A program made the translations under genes and the position numbers. Shown here one piece after another: positions 9,327 through 19,971 of a stretch of DNA of 52,205 nt. Within the stretch, counting starts at the first letter, position 1; each line of letters starts with the position of its first letter. The notes under the pieces are model-generated. The model was given only the letters and a program-made list of their open reading frames with translations. It had not been told where the DNA came from and ran no database searches. The DNA is from an uncultured Smithella sp. (GTDB taxonomy: Bacteria; Desulfobacterota; Syntrophia; Syntrophales; Smithellaceae). The DNA lies in contig CAYZLL010000004.1 in the NCBI GenBank assembly GCA_964479225.1, positions 1 to 52,205 of the forward strand, written 5' to 3'.

Positions 9327-10583
9327 ATGGATATCAAGAGTTCTGTGCAGCAGATCGCCTGTGATGCGCAACTGGCGGCACGAAAGCTTTCCCGCGTGAC
9401 CGAGACGGAAAAAAACAAGGCTCTTTTGCGCATGGCGGAAGAACTGGAGAAAAATTCCAAAGTTCTTCTGGCAGCAAATTCTAAAGATGTCGTTAAGGCC
9501 AAAAAAACAGGCATCTCCAGTGCCATGCTCGATCGTTTGACCCTCAAACCGTCCACGATTGATCAAATGGCCCAAGGCTTGCGGGAAGTGGCCGCCCTGC
9601 CGGATCCCGTCGGGAAGGTAACGTCCATGTGGCGCAGGCCCAACGGTCTTTTGGTGGGAAAAATGAGAATTCCCCTGGGTGTCATCGGGATTATTTATGA
9701 GTCACGTCCCAATGTCACGGTCGACGCTTCGGCGCTGTGCCTTAAATCCGGAAATGCCGTGATTTTGCGGGGTGGTTCCGAATCCATCCAATCCAATCTG
9801 GCCATTGCCTCCATCCTGCAGAAAGTTCTGAAGGAGACATCTTTGCCGGAAAAAGCAATACAGGTCATCCCGATGACCGACCGTGAAGCGGTGAACGAGA
9901 TGTTGCATCTGGAAGAATACATTGACTTGATCATTCCCCGCGGTGGTGAAGAATTAATCCGCGCGGTGGTTGCTCAGTCCAGGATACCGGTCATCAAGCA
10001 TTACAAAGGTGTCTGCCATGTTTTTGTGGATGCCAGCGCCGACATGGAAATGGCCGTCAATATCTGTCTCAACGCCAAAGCTCAGCGTCCGGGTGTGTGC
10101 AACGCCCTCGAAACGCTGCTGGTGCATCAGGACATTGCGGGTAAATTTCTGCCGCTGGCGGCCGGTAAATTAAGGAAAGCCGGTGTGGTCATCAAGGGTT
10201 GCGCAAAAACAAAATCCATTTTGAAAAAGATTCAGCAAGCTCAGGAAAATGACTGGTATGCCGAATATCTGGATTTGATTCTCGCGGTGAAAGTTGTAAA
10301 AAACATGGATGAAGCCATTGCGCACATTGAAAAATACGGTTCTTTGCATACCGAGTCCATCATTACGGATGATTACGCTCATGCCCAGCGATTTTTAAAC
10401 GAGGTCAATTCCTCAACCGTTCTGGTCAACGCTTCAACGCGTTTCAGTGACGGCTTTGAACTGGGGCTGGGCGCCGAGATCGGCATTTCTACAACCAAAC
10501 TGCACGCTTTCGGTCCGATGGGACTGGAGGAATTGACCACAACAAAATTTATCATTTACGGAAACGGACAAGTGAGAACATGA
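9327..10583 (+). CDS. proA: Gamma-glutamyl phosphate reductase
   Basis: Aldehyde dehydrogenase-type ProA sequence ([33 protein letters not shown]). The start is set at ATG 9327, which has a GAAGGA RBS. The ORF-track start at 9243 adds an unsupported extension. Confidence 0.9.
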   Translation: MDIKSSVQQIACDAQLAARKLSRVTETEKNKALLRMAEELEKNSKVLLAANSKDVVKAKKTGISSAMLDRLTLKPSTIDQMAQGLREVAALPDPVGKVTSMWRRPNGLLVGKMRIPLGVIGIIYESRPNVTVDASALCLKSGNAVILRGGSESIQSNLAIASILQKVLKETSLPEKAIQVIPMTDREAVNEMLHLEEYIDLIIPRGGEELIRAVVAQSRIPVIKHYKGVCHVFVDASADMEMAVNICLNAKAQRPGVCNALETLLVHQDIAGKFLPLAAGKLRKAGVVIKGCAKTKSILKKIQQAQENDWYAEYLDLILAVKVVKNMDEAIAHIEKYGSLHTESIITDDYAHAQRFLNEVNSSTVLVNASTRFSDGFELGLGAEIGISTTKLHAFGPMGLEELTTTKFIIYGNGQVRT

Positions 10584-11227
10584 GATGGGGACTTTTGGGG
10601 GGAACTTTTGATCCGATTCACATCGGACATTTACGCGGCGCGGAAGAGATGTTGGATATTTTTAATCTCAACCGCATTATTTTTGTGCCGTCAGCACGGC
10701 CGCCGCATAAACTGGAGACCCAAATAACGTCTTTCAATCATCGCGAACAGATGATTCGTTTGGCCATTGAAGACAATGAAAATTTTTCATTTTCCGAAGT
10801 GGAAAAATTGCGCGCCGATAAATCCTATTCCGTGGAAACGGTGGAACATATTCTCCATAACTATACGGATGATCTGGAACTGTATTTCATTGTCGGTCAG
10901 GATGCTTTTCAGGCGATCACGACCTGGAAAGACTGGGAGAGACTGCTGCTGTTGTGTCATTTCGCCGTCATGACCCGTCCCGGATACGACGATTTAAGGC
11001 TGGACGCCATCCTGCCGGAAAAATTTGCCGAAAAATTTTCCTACGATAAAAAAATCGATGGATTTACAGGACCGACAGGGCACACCATTTATTTCCGTCA
11101 CATAAGTTTTCTGGATATTTCTTCCTCGCGAATGCGACAGATGGTTCAAGAAGGTAAATCCATCAGGTATCTGACCATGGATAGAGTCCATCAATACATT
11201 ATTAAAAATTCTTTGTACAAAAAATAA
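10580..11227 (+). CDS. nadD: Nicotinate-nucleotide adenylyltransferase
   Basis: [12 protein letters not shown] nucleotidyltransferase motif and a C-terminal ISSSRMR motif. There is a 4-nt ATGA overlap with proA. Confidence 0.9.
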   Translation: MRWGLLGGTFDPIHIGHLRGAEEMLDIFNLNRIIFVPSARPPHKLETQITSFNHREQMIRLAIEDNENFSFSEVEKLRADKSYSVETVEHILHNYTDDLELYFIVGQDAFQAITTWKDWERLLLLCHFAVMTRPGYDDLRLDAILPEKFAEKFSYDKKIDGFTGPTGHTIYFRHISFLDISSSRMRQMVQEGKSIRYLTMDRVHQYIIKNSLYKK

Positions 11228-11241
11228 GAAAGGAGTGGCTT

Positions 11242-12042
11242 ATGAGTTACAAATATATTGAACTGGAGATCAAAGATTATATCGCGACCGTTACGCTGGC
11301 CAGAGAAAAAAGTCTCAATGCTTTAAGTTTGGAATTTGCATCGGAAATTGCCGGCGTGTTTAAAGAGCTGGCTGCCAAGGATGACGTGCGGGCTGTTGTT
11401 TTGAAGAGTAAGGCCAGAATTTTTTGCGCCGGTCTGGATTTAAAAGATGCCGCAGGAGGTTTTACCGGGACAGCCAGAGGGCCGTTTGATATGATTAAAA
11501 AATTTCAGCCTCTTTTTGATTGCTGCAATGCGATTGAAGAGTGCCCCAAACCGGTCATTGCCGCGGTGCATGGCCAGTGCATTGGTGGCGGACTGCATAT
11601 GATTTCCGCCTGTGATATCCGCCTTTGTACCGAAGATGCCAGTTTCTGTCTGAAAGAACCGAAGATCGGGTTATGTGCCGATATGGGCGCTCTGCAAAGA
11701 CTTCCTTTGATCGTTGGCCAGGGATATGCCCGGGAAATCGCTTTCACCGTTGGTTTTTTCAACGCCCGACAGGTGGAAAAAATGGGACTGGCCAATCATG
11801 TTTACGCGGATCAGACGGCTCTTTACGCCGCCGCTGGTGAAATGGCCGCGCACATAGCAGAGAATGCCCCCCTCGCCATCGAATGCACGAAGGAAGTTCT
11901 CAATTTCAGTCGTTATACGAGCGTCAGCGAGGGTATGGCTCTGGCCATCCAGAAAAATATGTTTTTGCTGACAACCGATGATCTCAAAGAGGCGTTCATG
12001 GCGTTCATGGAAAAAAGGCAGCCGGTCTTTAAAGGGCAGTGA
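11242..12042 (+). CDS. Enoyl-CoA hydratase/isomerase (crotonase) family protein
   Basis: Crotonase fold signatures: NALS, FCAGLDLK, PVIAAVHGQCIGGG. Confidence 0.85.
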   Translation: MSYKYIELEIKDYIATVTLAREKSLNALSLEFASEIAGVFKELAAKDDVRAVVLKSKARIFCAGLDLKDAAGGFTGTARGPFDMIKKFQPLFDCCNAIEECPKPVIAAVHGQCIGGGLHMISACDIRLCTEDASFCLKEPKIGLCADMGALQRLPLIVGQGYAREIAFTVGFFNARQVEKMGLANHVYADQTALYAAAGEMAAHIAENAPLAIECTKEVLNFSRYTSVSEGMALAIQKNMFLLTTDDLKEAFMAFMEKRQPVFKGQ

Positions 12043-12072
12043 AAGACAAGATCCTAAAAAACATCTGTATAA

Positions 12073-12109
12073 AATAAGAGGGATTGTTCAAAGAACAATC
12101 CCTCTTATT
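12073..12109. terminator. Bidirectional hairpin terminator between convergent genes
   Basis: Perfect 17-bp stem AATAAGAGGGATTGTTC / GAACAATCCCTCTTATT with a 3-nt loop. Both flanks are T/A-rich. Confidence 0.7.
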
Positions 12110-12128
12110 ATTCTGATCTAAAATTTAT

Positions 12129-14138
12129 TTAACCTTGGTACATACTTTCAATGTCGTTCTTGTATTTTTCGAAGACAATTCTGCGTTTCAGTTTCAGAGT
12201 CGGCGTCAGCTCACCGGACTCAACGCTGAAGGGAGCTTCCATGATCTTGTAGTACTTGATCTGTTCGTAACGCGGCAGCGTTTCGTTGACCTCATCAATC
12301 TGCTTCTGGAACAATTCTTTGATCTTCTCATGGGCGATGAGGTCTTTGTTGGCAGAGTCCGGAATGCCATTGTGTTTGCAGTAACGGCGCAGCTCCTGAT
12401 AATCAGGAACAATCAATGCGCAAATGTATTTTCTCGCATCACCGATGAGACAAGCCTGATCGATGAAGGGCTTGCCGATAATGGCCAGTTCGATGGGATG
12501 CGGCGCGATGTTTTTGCCGCCGGACGTGACAAACAGTTCTTTCTTGCGGTCGGTAATGAGCAGGAATCCATCACGGTCAAACTCGCCAATGTCTCCCGTC
12601 TTAAACCATCCATCGTCCGTGAATGCTTCTTTAGTAGCGTCAGGTAAATTCCAGTATCCCTTGAAGACCTGAGGTCCTTTGACGAGTATTTCACCGTCTT
12701 CGGCAATTTTTTCTTCTGTCCAAAGAGCCGGTCTGCCAACCGTCCCCGGTTTGATCTGCAGTTTGTGAGCAAGTGTATTGTAGGCCAGGGAAAGACTGAT
12801 CGATCGAAGTGGATGGGTATAGGGCGATAACCCCTGCGCCTGTTTCGTCACCATGAGATCCACGGTTAAATCCAGCATCTTCTTTTGGAACCAGTTGCCT
12901 TTGCTGATATCAAAACTGGTGTTGAATTCCGGTTCATTAAAATTAATCACAGGCGATGTTTCCGTGAGTCCATAACCTTCGCTCAGTTGAATGCCCAGCG
13001 AACGGATAAATACACAAACATCTTTGGAAAGTTTGCCACCGCCGGATATGCCGAGAACCACGCGGTCCAGACCGGCTGTCTTTTTGATTTTGTTGAAAAC
13101 CAGAACGTTGGCCGCGGCGAACTGAAGCAGGTCTATTTGATTCATGCGTGTTGCGGTGGCCATGGCGTCGGAGTATTGTTCTCCCAGTTTCATGGCCCAG
13201 TTAAAAATAGACTGTGTTGTCTTGTTCTGTCGCGACATGATCGATTTTGTCGTATCGTAGATTTTTTCCCACAAGCGGGGAATGCTGATGACAACATTGG
13301 GCCTGATTTCCTGTAGATTTTTTGGTATTTTTTCAAAGCTTTCCGCAAAAATAAGAATGCCTCCCTGCTGAAGAGCGCCCACATGGTAATCACTTGTTCT
13401 GCCGAAAACATGACACATGGGTAAATGAACAAGGAAAGTCAGGTGAAGACCAAGTTCCCGTTGACAACGAACCAGCGTGGAATTGGAAGCCTGATGAAGG
13501 TTGGACACCCAGTTCTTCTGGGTGAGAACAGCGCCTTTCTGCTTACCGGTTGTTCCCGACGTGTAGATGATGGAAGCAACATCATCGGGTGTGACCGCGT
13601 TGATATTTTTCTCCAGCTCTTCGTCACTGATTTTACCCTTGCCCAAGGCGATAATTTCATCGAAAGTATAAACACCTTCAGGTTTTGTCCCCTGCCAGGA
13701 TCCCATTGTAATAATCTTGTCAATGGGAACCCCCTCTGCTTTTGCTTTGATGGCCATTTCTCCCCGGGCCTGATTGGAAGCGATGACGATTTTCGATCCG
13801 CTGTCCGAGGTCATGTACCCCAGTTCTTCAACGGTCAGTGTGGGATAAAGAGGCACACCGATAGCGCCGCAGGCCTGGATGGCCTGGTCAGCGATGATCC
13901 ACCGAGGTCTGCTTTCAGAAAAGATGACGATTCGATCGCCCTTTTTTAATCCCAGGACCAGCAAGCCCTTGGCAAAACCCATGGCTTCATCGCGAGTCTC
14001 CTTCCAGGTTCGGGAGTGCCATTCGCTGCTCGGATTACCGTTTTTGTCAATTTTGGCGCGAAGCAGTTCAACCTGGTCTCCAAAACGAAGCGCCTGATTG
14101 TGAAATATACCGCATAAAGTATCTGTTCTATAAGCCAT
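12129..14138 (-). CDS. Long-chain fatty acid--CoA ligase (AMP-forming)
   Basis: AMP-binding motif IIYTSGTTGKQKGAVL, plus GYGLTETS and WFKTGDIG...GFLLITDRKKELF. Confidence 0.85.
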   Translation of the reverse strand: MAYRTDTLCGIFHNQALRFGDQVELLRAKIDKNGNPSSEWHSRTWKETRDEAMGFAKGLLVLGLKKGDRIVIFSESRPRWIIADQAIQACGAIGVPLYPTLTVEELGYMTSDSGSKIVIASNQARGEMAIKAKAEGVPIDKIITMGSWQGTKPEGVYTFDEIIALGKGKISDEELEKNINAVTPDDVASIIYTSGTTGKQKGAVLTQKNWVSNLHQASNSTLVRCQRELGLHLTFLVHLPMCHVFGRTSDYHVGALQQGGILIFAESFEKIPKNLQEIRPNVVISIPRLWEKIYDTTKSIMSRQNKTTQSIFNWAMKLGEQYSDAMATATRMNQIDLLQFAAANVLVFNKIKKTAGLDRVVLGISGGGKLSKDVCVFIRSLGIQLSEGYGLTETSPVINFNEPEFNTSFDISKGNWFQKKMLDLTVDLMVTKQAQGLSPYTHPLRSISLSLAYNTLAHKLQIKPGTVGRPALWTEEKIAEDGEILVKGPQVFKGYWNLPDATKEAFTDDGWFKTGDIGEFDRDGFLLITDRKKELFVTSGGKNIAPHPIELAIIGKPFIDQACLIGDARKYICALIVPDYQELRRYCKHNGIPDSANKDLIAHEKIKELFQKQIDEVNETLPRYEQIKYYKIMEAPFSVESGELTPTLKLKRRIVFEKYKNDIESMYQG

Positions 14139-14286
14139 AATTCTACGTTCCCCCCTTTAAATAATTTAAATTAACCATCATGCGTTAATGAATCGTTTTT
14201 GCATGTTTGTTTGTTGGAAGTCCGCTTTTCCCAAGCTCTTTGCCTTCAAAAAATCAAGTTCCGATTCTGTGAGATTGAACTGATTT

Positions 14287-15240
14287 TTATTTGCCCTTGT
14301 AAAGAAAACGTTCCAGAAAGCGATGATACGTTGTCCAATCGGAATCGCCATTGTTCGAGGCCGCCATGAATGTCTGAAAAGCATTAAATTTAGCATCCAG
14401 ATCATCCATATAGTGGACAACTAAAGCCTCTAAAGTTTTCGGGCGTTTGGGAGAGCCGAATTCGAATTCGCCATGATGACTTAAAATAATATGGCGTAAT
14501 TCCATTGCTGTTTGGGGGGGGAAGTCAGCAATAGCGGCTATCTCTTTATCAATCATTTGTACGCCTAGCACAATATGACCGATAAGTCTACCTTCATCAC
14601 TGTAATCAATAATGGTGTCATATGAAAATTCATATATTTTCCCTATATCATGAAGGATGCCTCCGGTGATCAGCATATCTTTTTTCAGTTCCGGATAGTG
14701 CGCGGCGGCTTTTTCCAGTAAGCGCACCACCGAGAGGGTATGTTCCAGAAGTCCGCCCAGGTAAATATGATGAAAGCCTTTGGCTGCGGGAGCTTTCTTG
14801 AAAAGCTCCGCCGTCTTTTCCTGATGCAAAAAAGACTGCAATAGCTTTTGCAGAGGTTGGGTTTCTATATTTTCAACAAACTCGAGCAGTGCGTTATACA
14901 TGGCATCCACGTCACCTTTTACCGCGGGTAAATAATCGGCAGTGTCCATGTCTTCCCAGGCGCTTTTTTGAACCTTGACTATGGAAATCTGAATTGCATT
15001 TTTATAGTTAGAAGCTTTACCTTCAACGTAAATGATGTCGCCTTTTTTAAACTGCTGATCCCATTCCATGGCGTTGTCCCAGATTTTAGCATCCAGTTCG
15101 CCGGTCTTGTCCTTCAGCCGCACATTCAAATAAGGAGCGCCTTTGATGGAAAAAGCCATATTCTTTTCGGCCGCCAAAAATGTGGAAGCGACCCTGTCTC
15201 CCTGTTTAATGTCCTTGAGATAAACTTCTTTTGACTTCAA
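14287..15240 (-). CDS. OB-fold plus HD-domain 3'-5' exoribonuclease, YhaM-like
   Basis: The N-terminal OB-fold resembles YhaM. HD motifs are present (LLEHTLSV, GILHDIGK, ILSHHGE). The TTG start overlaps the fdhD stop (TTGA). Confidence 0.7.
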   Translation of the reverse strand: MKSKEVYLKDIKQGDRVASTFLAAEKNMAFSIKGAPYLNVRLKDKTGELDAKIWDNAMEWDQQFKKGDIIYVEGKASNYKNAIQISIVKVQKSAWEDMDTADYLPAVKGDVDAMYNALLEFVENIETQPLQKLLQSFLHQEKTAELFKKAPAAKGFHHIYLGGLLEHTLSVVRLLEKAAAHYPELKKDMLITGGILHDIGKIYEFSYDTIIDYSDEGRLIGHIVLGVQMIDKEIAAIADFPPQTAMELRHIILSHHGEFEFGSPKRPKTLEALVVHYMDDLDAKFNAFQTFMAASNNGDSDWTTYHRFLERFLYKGK

Positions 15241-16016
15241 ATGATGACCCGCCTTTCGTGAGAATAGATGTTCATCCGGCCATGACGCACATAGCCGATC
15301 AGCAAAATATTGGCCTTGTGTGACAGGGCAACAGCGTTGGCTGTCGGTGCGGAATGAGAAATAATGGCCGGTATGCCCATGTTCCAGACTTTATAAACAA
15401 TTTCGGATGAGATTCTTCCCGTTGTTAAAATCATTGCCTGATGCAGATTGATTTTCTGCATCAGGGCATAGCCTCCCAGCATATCTATCGTGTTGTGACG
15501 GCCGATATCTTCGCGAAGGGCGACGATTTTCTTTCCCGTCGCCAGAGCTGAACAATGGGTGCCGCCTGTCTGATTATGCACTGCGGAATTGTTCAGGAGT
15601 TCTTCCATGAGTTTGAGGGCCACACGGGTTTTGATCTTAAAATCCCTGGCAGGGCTCAAGGGTGTAAGCACGTCCATGTTTGATTTTCCGCGTGCCCCGC
15701 TGGACGCGATGTTTTTTACAGATGCCGGAGAGCAGTCTGTTTTTTTCTTCAGGATAACATCAACAAGATGCTTTTTTTTGTTCATTTTGATTTCTTCGAT
15801 GTCGCTCCTGCGGGCAATGAGCCTTTCCGATCTTAAAAAACCTGCCGCGAGTTCTTCCAGATGAATCCCGGCGCACGCAATATTCGCCAGTGGCTTGCCG
15901 TCAACATGAACCGCAAGACTCACTTCCTGAATCACTTTGGAGAGATTGCGGGTCACGGCCGTATCGTCGCCGGAAGATATTTTTATCGTTTTGATTATTT
16001 TTTTTAAATCACTCAT
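15237..16016 (-). CDS. fdhD: Formate dehydrogenase accessory sulfurtransferase FdhD
   Basis: FdhD-type sequence (GGTHCSAL, GRHNTIDM, GRISSEIV). ATGA overlap with the selB stop. Confidence 0.85.
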   Translation of the reverse strand: MSDLKKIIKTIKISSGDDTAVTRNLSKVIQEVSLAVHVDGKPLANIACAGIHLEELAAGFLRSERLIARRSDIEEIKMNKKKHLVDVILKKKTDCSPASVKNIASSGARGKSNMDVLTPLSPARDFKIKTRVALKLMEELLNNSAVHNQTGGTHCSALATGKKIVALREDIGRHNTIDMLGGYALMQKINLHQAMILTTGRISSEIVYKVWNMGIPAIISHSAPTANAVALSHKANILLIGYVRHGRMNIYSHERRVII

Positions 16017-17926
16017 CGATTCTCTCTTAATATGCGGTGATCTCCCACCCGGACGGTCAGTTTGCTGACGTCAAAATATTCCATCAACGGAATGATATAT
16101 TTACGGGAAAGGCCGGTCAACTCTTTAAAACTGGCCGGAGTCGCCTTGCCGTCTTTCATCAGCAACGCTTTGTAATCATCGCGCAATTTATTCAGCGATC
16201 CACTGTCGAAACAGAGATCTTCATTAATTTGTATTAAAGCGCCATCTTTGAGCATCAGTTTGATAATGCTTTGCGCTTTTGTTTTCTGATCTTTAAAATC
16301 GTTGATGACATCGTTGAGAGAAGGGGGCGCCAGTCCTGCGTCAGTATAAATCCGGGCAATGCTGTTGCGCAGCGAATCGAGTTCACCTTCCAGATGGACC
16401 TGATGTCCCGTGAGCCGGACATTATCTTTATCCAAAACAATCGTTTCTTGTTTGCCGAGATTGCGCAGCGCCAGATTGAACAGCTTGACCGATATCGCGC
16501 GTCCGAGTGTTTCCTTGAGCTGTTCTTTGGAAATGCCGCCCTGTAAAGGATTGTTCTGATGATAAGCGCTCAGGTTTTTCCCGATCAGAGCTTCCAGTTG
16601 ATTGTAGCAGACAGCGGAAATAACGGTGGTGTCTTCGTTGTCCAGCAGGATAGCTTTTCTGCCGGAAAACAACCCCTCCAGCGCTTCCCGGATTTTCTTC
16701 ACATGGATGCCGAGCCGGAAGTTCAGCCCGCGCAGATTGATGCCTTTAAAACCGGCTCGTTCAATGATAACAGAAATTTTTTCCGCCAGCGAACTGTTCA
16801 ATAAAATGTTCATGTCGGCCATAATTTTTTCGTTATGCCTTTTGTGTTTTGTCGGGAGAGGATCAATAATCAAACCGCCGCCAATCGTTGTCACCGGAGA
16901 ATAACTGCGCAGAACGAAGCGATCGCCGGCGATAATGACATCTTTGTTCGTCAGGATCATTTGAGCAAAAGCTTTTTGTCCCGGCGCCAGTTCGTCTTTG
17001 TCCAGCAAGGTCAGGCGGGCAATGATTTCGCTTGTTCCCGTGTGCAGGCGGACGAGTGTTCTGTTCTTCAGATTTTTAGCATTGGAAGCGAGAAACTCCA
17101 CAAACACATCGAGGCGCTGGGAAGGCCAAACGGTTTTCGGCCGGACAAGCACATGGCCCCGTTCGATGCTTGATTTTTCAACGCCCTGAAGGTTGATGGC
17201 GGTCCGTTGACCTGCCCAGGCTTCTTCTACCGTCTGGTTATGCACCTGCATGCCTCTGATGCGTGTGATGATATTACCGGGAAGCACCTGAATTTCTTCA
17301 CCGGTTTTAATGTGATCGGAAACGAGAGTTCCCGTTACAACCGTACCGAATCCCTTCATGGTAAAGACGCGATCCACAGGCAGGCGAAAAATTCCGTCAT
17401 CAGCTTTTTCATCGATTTTTCTTGCCGTTTCATCAATGGCCTTGAGCAGATCGGCAAGGCCTGTCTGTTTGATGGCTGATACCGGCACAATGGGTGCATC
17501 TTCCAGGAACGTTCCCTGCAGAAAATCGACAATCTCTGATTGGACCAAGTCCAGCCAGTCTTTCTCGACCAGATCAATTTTGGTCAGGGCGACGATGCCT
17601 TTGGATATGCCTAGCATCGAGCAGATATGCAGATGTTCCTTCGTTTGCGGCATAATGCCCTCATCCGCGGCAATGATCATCAAAACGAAATCAAGGCCCG
17701 CAGCGCCGGAGACCATATGTTTAATGAACTTTTCATGTCCGGGAACATCGACGATGCCGAGTGTCTGACCGGACGGAAGAATGAGCGAAGCAAATCCGAG
17801 TTCAATCGTAATGCCTCTTTGTTTTTCTTCTTTGAGGCGGTCGGTGTCCACACCCGTAAGCGCTTTAATAAGGGCGGTTTTCCCGTGATCAACGTGGCCG
17901 GCCGTGCCGAGAACGAAATGTTTCAT
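16013..17926 (-). CDS. selB: Selenocysteine-specific translation elongation factor
   Basis: GTPase motifs GHVDHGKT, DVPGHEKF and TKID, followed by a long C-terminal winged-helix extension typical of bacterial SelB (637 aa). Confidence 0.9.
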   Translation of the reverse strand: MKHFVLGTAGHVDHGKTALIKALTGVDTDRLKEEKQRGITIELGFASLILPSGQTLGIVDVPGHEKFIKHMVSGAAGLDFVLMIIAADEGIMPQTKEHLHICSMLGISKGIVALTKIDLVEKDWLDLVQSEIVDFLQGTFLEDAPIVPVSAIKQTGLADLLKAIDETARKIDEKADDGIFRLPVDRVFTMKGFGTVVTGTLVSDHIKTGEEIQVLPGNIITRIRGMQVHNQTVEEAWAGQRTAINLQGVEKSSIERGHVLVRPKTVWPSQRLDVFVEFLASNAKNLKNRTLVRLHTGTSEIIARLTLLDKDELAPGQKAFAQMILTNKDVIIAGDRFVLRSYSPVTTIGGGLIIDPLPTKHKRHNEKIMADMNILLNSSLAEKISVIIERAGFKGINLRGLNFRLGIHVKKIREALEGLFSGRKAILLDNEDTTVISAVCYNQLEALIGKNLSAYHQNNPLQGGISKEQLKETLGRAISVKLFNLALRNLGKQETIVLDKDNVRLTGHQVHLEGELDSLRNSIARIYTDAGLAPPSLNDVINDFKDQKTKAQSIIKLMLKDGALIQINEDLCFDSGSLNKLRDDYKALLMKDGKATPASFKELTGLSRKYIIPLMEYFDVSKLTVRVGDHRILRENR

Positions 17927-18026
17927 ATAATTATCCTGATCATGACGCTGAAAAGTAACAAACTCTTCATTTTTTCACAAGGTGATATTTTCCGGTTTTA
18001 CAAAAATAAAAAGATAGGATGAAGGC

Positions 18027-18518
18027 ATGAAAACGCCACCCAAATTAATCCTTGAAAATGCTCGATGGAATTGTTACAAAACGCTTCAAGAGAGGTATGG
18101 TTTGCGTATCCTTGGTCTTGATTATGGCGAAAAAAGAATTGGCGTAGCGGTCTGTGATGAATTGGGTATGACCGCTCAAGGATTGCCCACCATCATCCGG
18201 AAAAACAAAAAACATGACGGGGATATTTTAGGCAGATTGATCCATGATTACAAAGTTGAAAAGATAGTGATCGGTTATCCGATAAGGCTGGATGGATCAG
18301 AAGGCATCCAGTGCGAAAAGGTCAATCGCTTTGCATCGTTCATGGAAAAAACCTTTGCTCTGCCCGTGATGAAATGGCAGGAAACGCTTTCGACGAAAGA
18401 AGCGGAAGAAATTCTGATCAACTCCGGTGTCCGCTGGGAAAAAAGAAAGAAAATGGTGGACAAGCTGGCTGCCTGTCTAATTCTCCAGAATTACCTGGAT
18501 TCGATGGTCCAAAAGTGA
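18027..18518 (+). CDS. ruvX: Holliday junction resolvase-like pre-16S rRNA nuclease RuvX/YqgF
   Basis: ILGLDYGEKRIGVAV motif. In-frame TTG 18102 (AGAGG RBS) would give the canonical ~138 aa. ATG 18027 also has an AGGA RBS. Confidence 0.8.
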   Translation: MKTPPKLILENARWNCYKTLQERYGLRILGLDYGEKRIGVAVCDELGMTAQGLPTIIRKNKKHDGDILGRLIHDYKVEKIVIGYPIRLDGSEGIQCEKVNRFASFMEKTFALPVMKWQETLSTKEAEEILINSGVRWEKRKKMVDKLAACLILQNYLDSMVQK

Positions 18519-18539
18519 ATCAATGAATTCACCCTGAAA

Positions 18540-19769
18540 ATGAAAACAAAAGATAAAAATAATAATCAAAAAGAAAACCTTCAGGGCAAGAACTCTGCTG
18601 GGGGGGGTTACAGGCAAAAGCATTGGTGGTCAAGGAAATTCCCCGTATTTTTTCGTTTTCTGAATAAATATATCTCCTTTAATAAAACCATTCGCCGCGG
18701 TTTATGGATCATCTTCGCTGCACTTTTTATATTTTTCATTCTTTTTTTGAATTATTCGTTGAGTCCGATTGACAGAAATAATCGTACTGTCGTTGTGAAT
18801 GTGCCGACCGGTTCGAGCTTCCTGGAAAGTCTGGAAATTTTAAACAGGGAAGGATTAATTAAAAATCGATTTTTCTTTGTGAGCCTGGCAACCCTTAAAA
18901 GAGCAAGGCGCCAGATTCGCGCAGGCGAATATGAAATCAATACGCTGATGACGCCATGGACCATGATTAACAAGCTCGTGCGGGGAGAAATTAAACAATA
19001 CAAGGTGCCGATTCCTGAAGATTTATCACTACGCGATATTGCCGAACTTCTGGAAAAGGACAAGCTAATTAACCGAGATACTTTTTTTGAACTGGCCCGG
19101 GACAGGGAATTTTTACAATCATTGAATATTCAAGCGGATTCTATTGAAGGCTACCTTTTTCCGGAAACATATTTTTTTAATCGTTCCATGAATACAAAAC
19201 AAATCATGAGAAAAATGGTGGATACCTTTTGGCAGAAAGTAACTCCGGCAATGATTAAAAGGGCGAATGCCACCGGAATGAGTGTTCATCAACTGGTTAC
19301 TTTTGCCTCCATGATCGGCAAAGAATCTGCGGATCATGCTGAAAAACCTCTTATCGCCGCCGTGTTTAAAAACAGATTGAAGAAAGGGATGCGTTTACAG
19401 AGCGATCCGACGGCTGTTTACGATATGTATCAATTTAAAGGTAAAATTTTACGAAGTCATCTGAGGAGAAGTTCTCCCTATAATACTTATTTAATCAACG
19501 GTTTACCGCCGGGACCGATTGCCAATCCCGGTTTGGATTCGATGAAGGCGACACTGAATCCCGCGCCAGTGGATTATCTTTATTTTGTTTCCAAACAAAA
19601 CGGAACGCATCAATTTTCAAGCTCTTTTGCTGAACATAATCTGGCAGTGCAGCGGTATATAAATCACGAAACTGAACAAATACAAGAACTTGAAGAGAAT
19701 GTTGTGCCTCAGGTTGAAGGGGATTCACCACAACAAATTGAAGGTGAAGCAATAGAACAAAAGGATTAA
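18540..19769 (+). CDS. mltG: Endolytic murein transglycosylase MltG (YceG-like)
   Basis: YceG signatures: EGYLFPETY, ASMIGKES, SDPTAVY, SPYNTY, GLPPGPIANPG. One TM helix and an acidic C-terminal tail. Confidence 0.9.
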   Translation: MKTKDKNNNQKENLQGKNSAGGGYRQKHWWSRKFPVFFRFLNKYISFNKTIRRGLWIIFAALFIFFILFLNYSLSPIDRNNRTVVVNVPTGSSFLESLEILNREGLIKNRFFFVSLATLKRARRQIRAGEYEINTLMTPWTMINKLVRGEIKQYKVPIPEDLSLRDIAELLEKDKLINRDTFFELARDREFLQSLNIQADSIEGYLFPETYFFNRSMNTKQIMRKMVDTFWQKVTPAMIKRANATGMSVHQLVTFASMIGKESADHAEKPLIAAVFKNRLKKGMRLQSDPTAVYDMYQFKGKILRSHLRRSSPYNTYLINGLPPGPIANPGLDSMKATLNPAPVDYLYFVSKQNGTHQFSSSFAEHNLAVQRYINHETEQIQELEENVVPQVEGDSPQQIEGEAIEQKD

Positions 19770-19902
19770 AGAACGCAAGTTTTCCTGTTAGAGTCTTCCC
19801 GATTTTTTTAATTTCCCAAAACCGACTGATCAGTCTTTCCCTTTCCCCTATTTCCCTAGTAATTTTAAGCCGTTTTATTTGAAAAAAAGTTGAAATTTTT
19901 TC

Positions 19903-19931
19903 TTGACAAAGGCAACCTGCGCCTCTATAGT
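19903..19931 (+). promoter_or_regulatory. dcw cluster promoter (Pmra-like)
   Basis: Consensus TTGACA (19903-19908), exactly 17 nt of spacer, then TATAGT (19926-19931). It lies 41 nt upstream of the mraZ ATG. Confidence 0.7.
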
Positions 19932-19937
19932 TGCCAC

Positions 19938-19961
19938 GTGGAGTAAAGTGGCTTATCGTGG
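19938..19961 (+). promoter_or_regulatory. Candidate MraZ operator: three GTGG direct repeats at 10-bp phasing
   Basis: GTGGA at 19938, GTGGC at 19948 and GTGGA at 19958. They sit directly downstream of the -10 box, and the last repeat overlaps the mraZ RBS (GGAGGG). Confidence 0.6.
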
Positions 19962-19971
19962 AGGGAAGTTG

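Noticed and set aside
9161-9556. The N-terminal 132 codons of the 487-aa ORF 8093..9556 on the minus strand.
   Set aside because: Similarity to patatin-like proteins begins only at the internal Met (9160). The extension is Ser/Ala/Leu/Arg-rich and lies antisense across the proA 5' end and its candidate promoter. I treat it as a non-coding read-through of the ORF caller.
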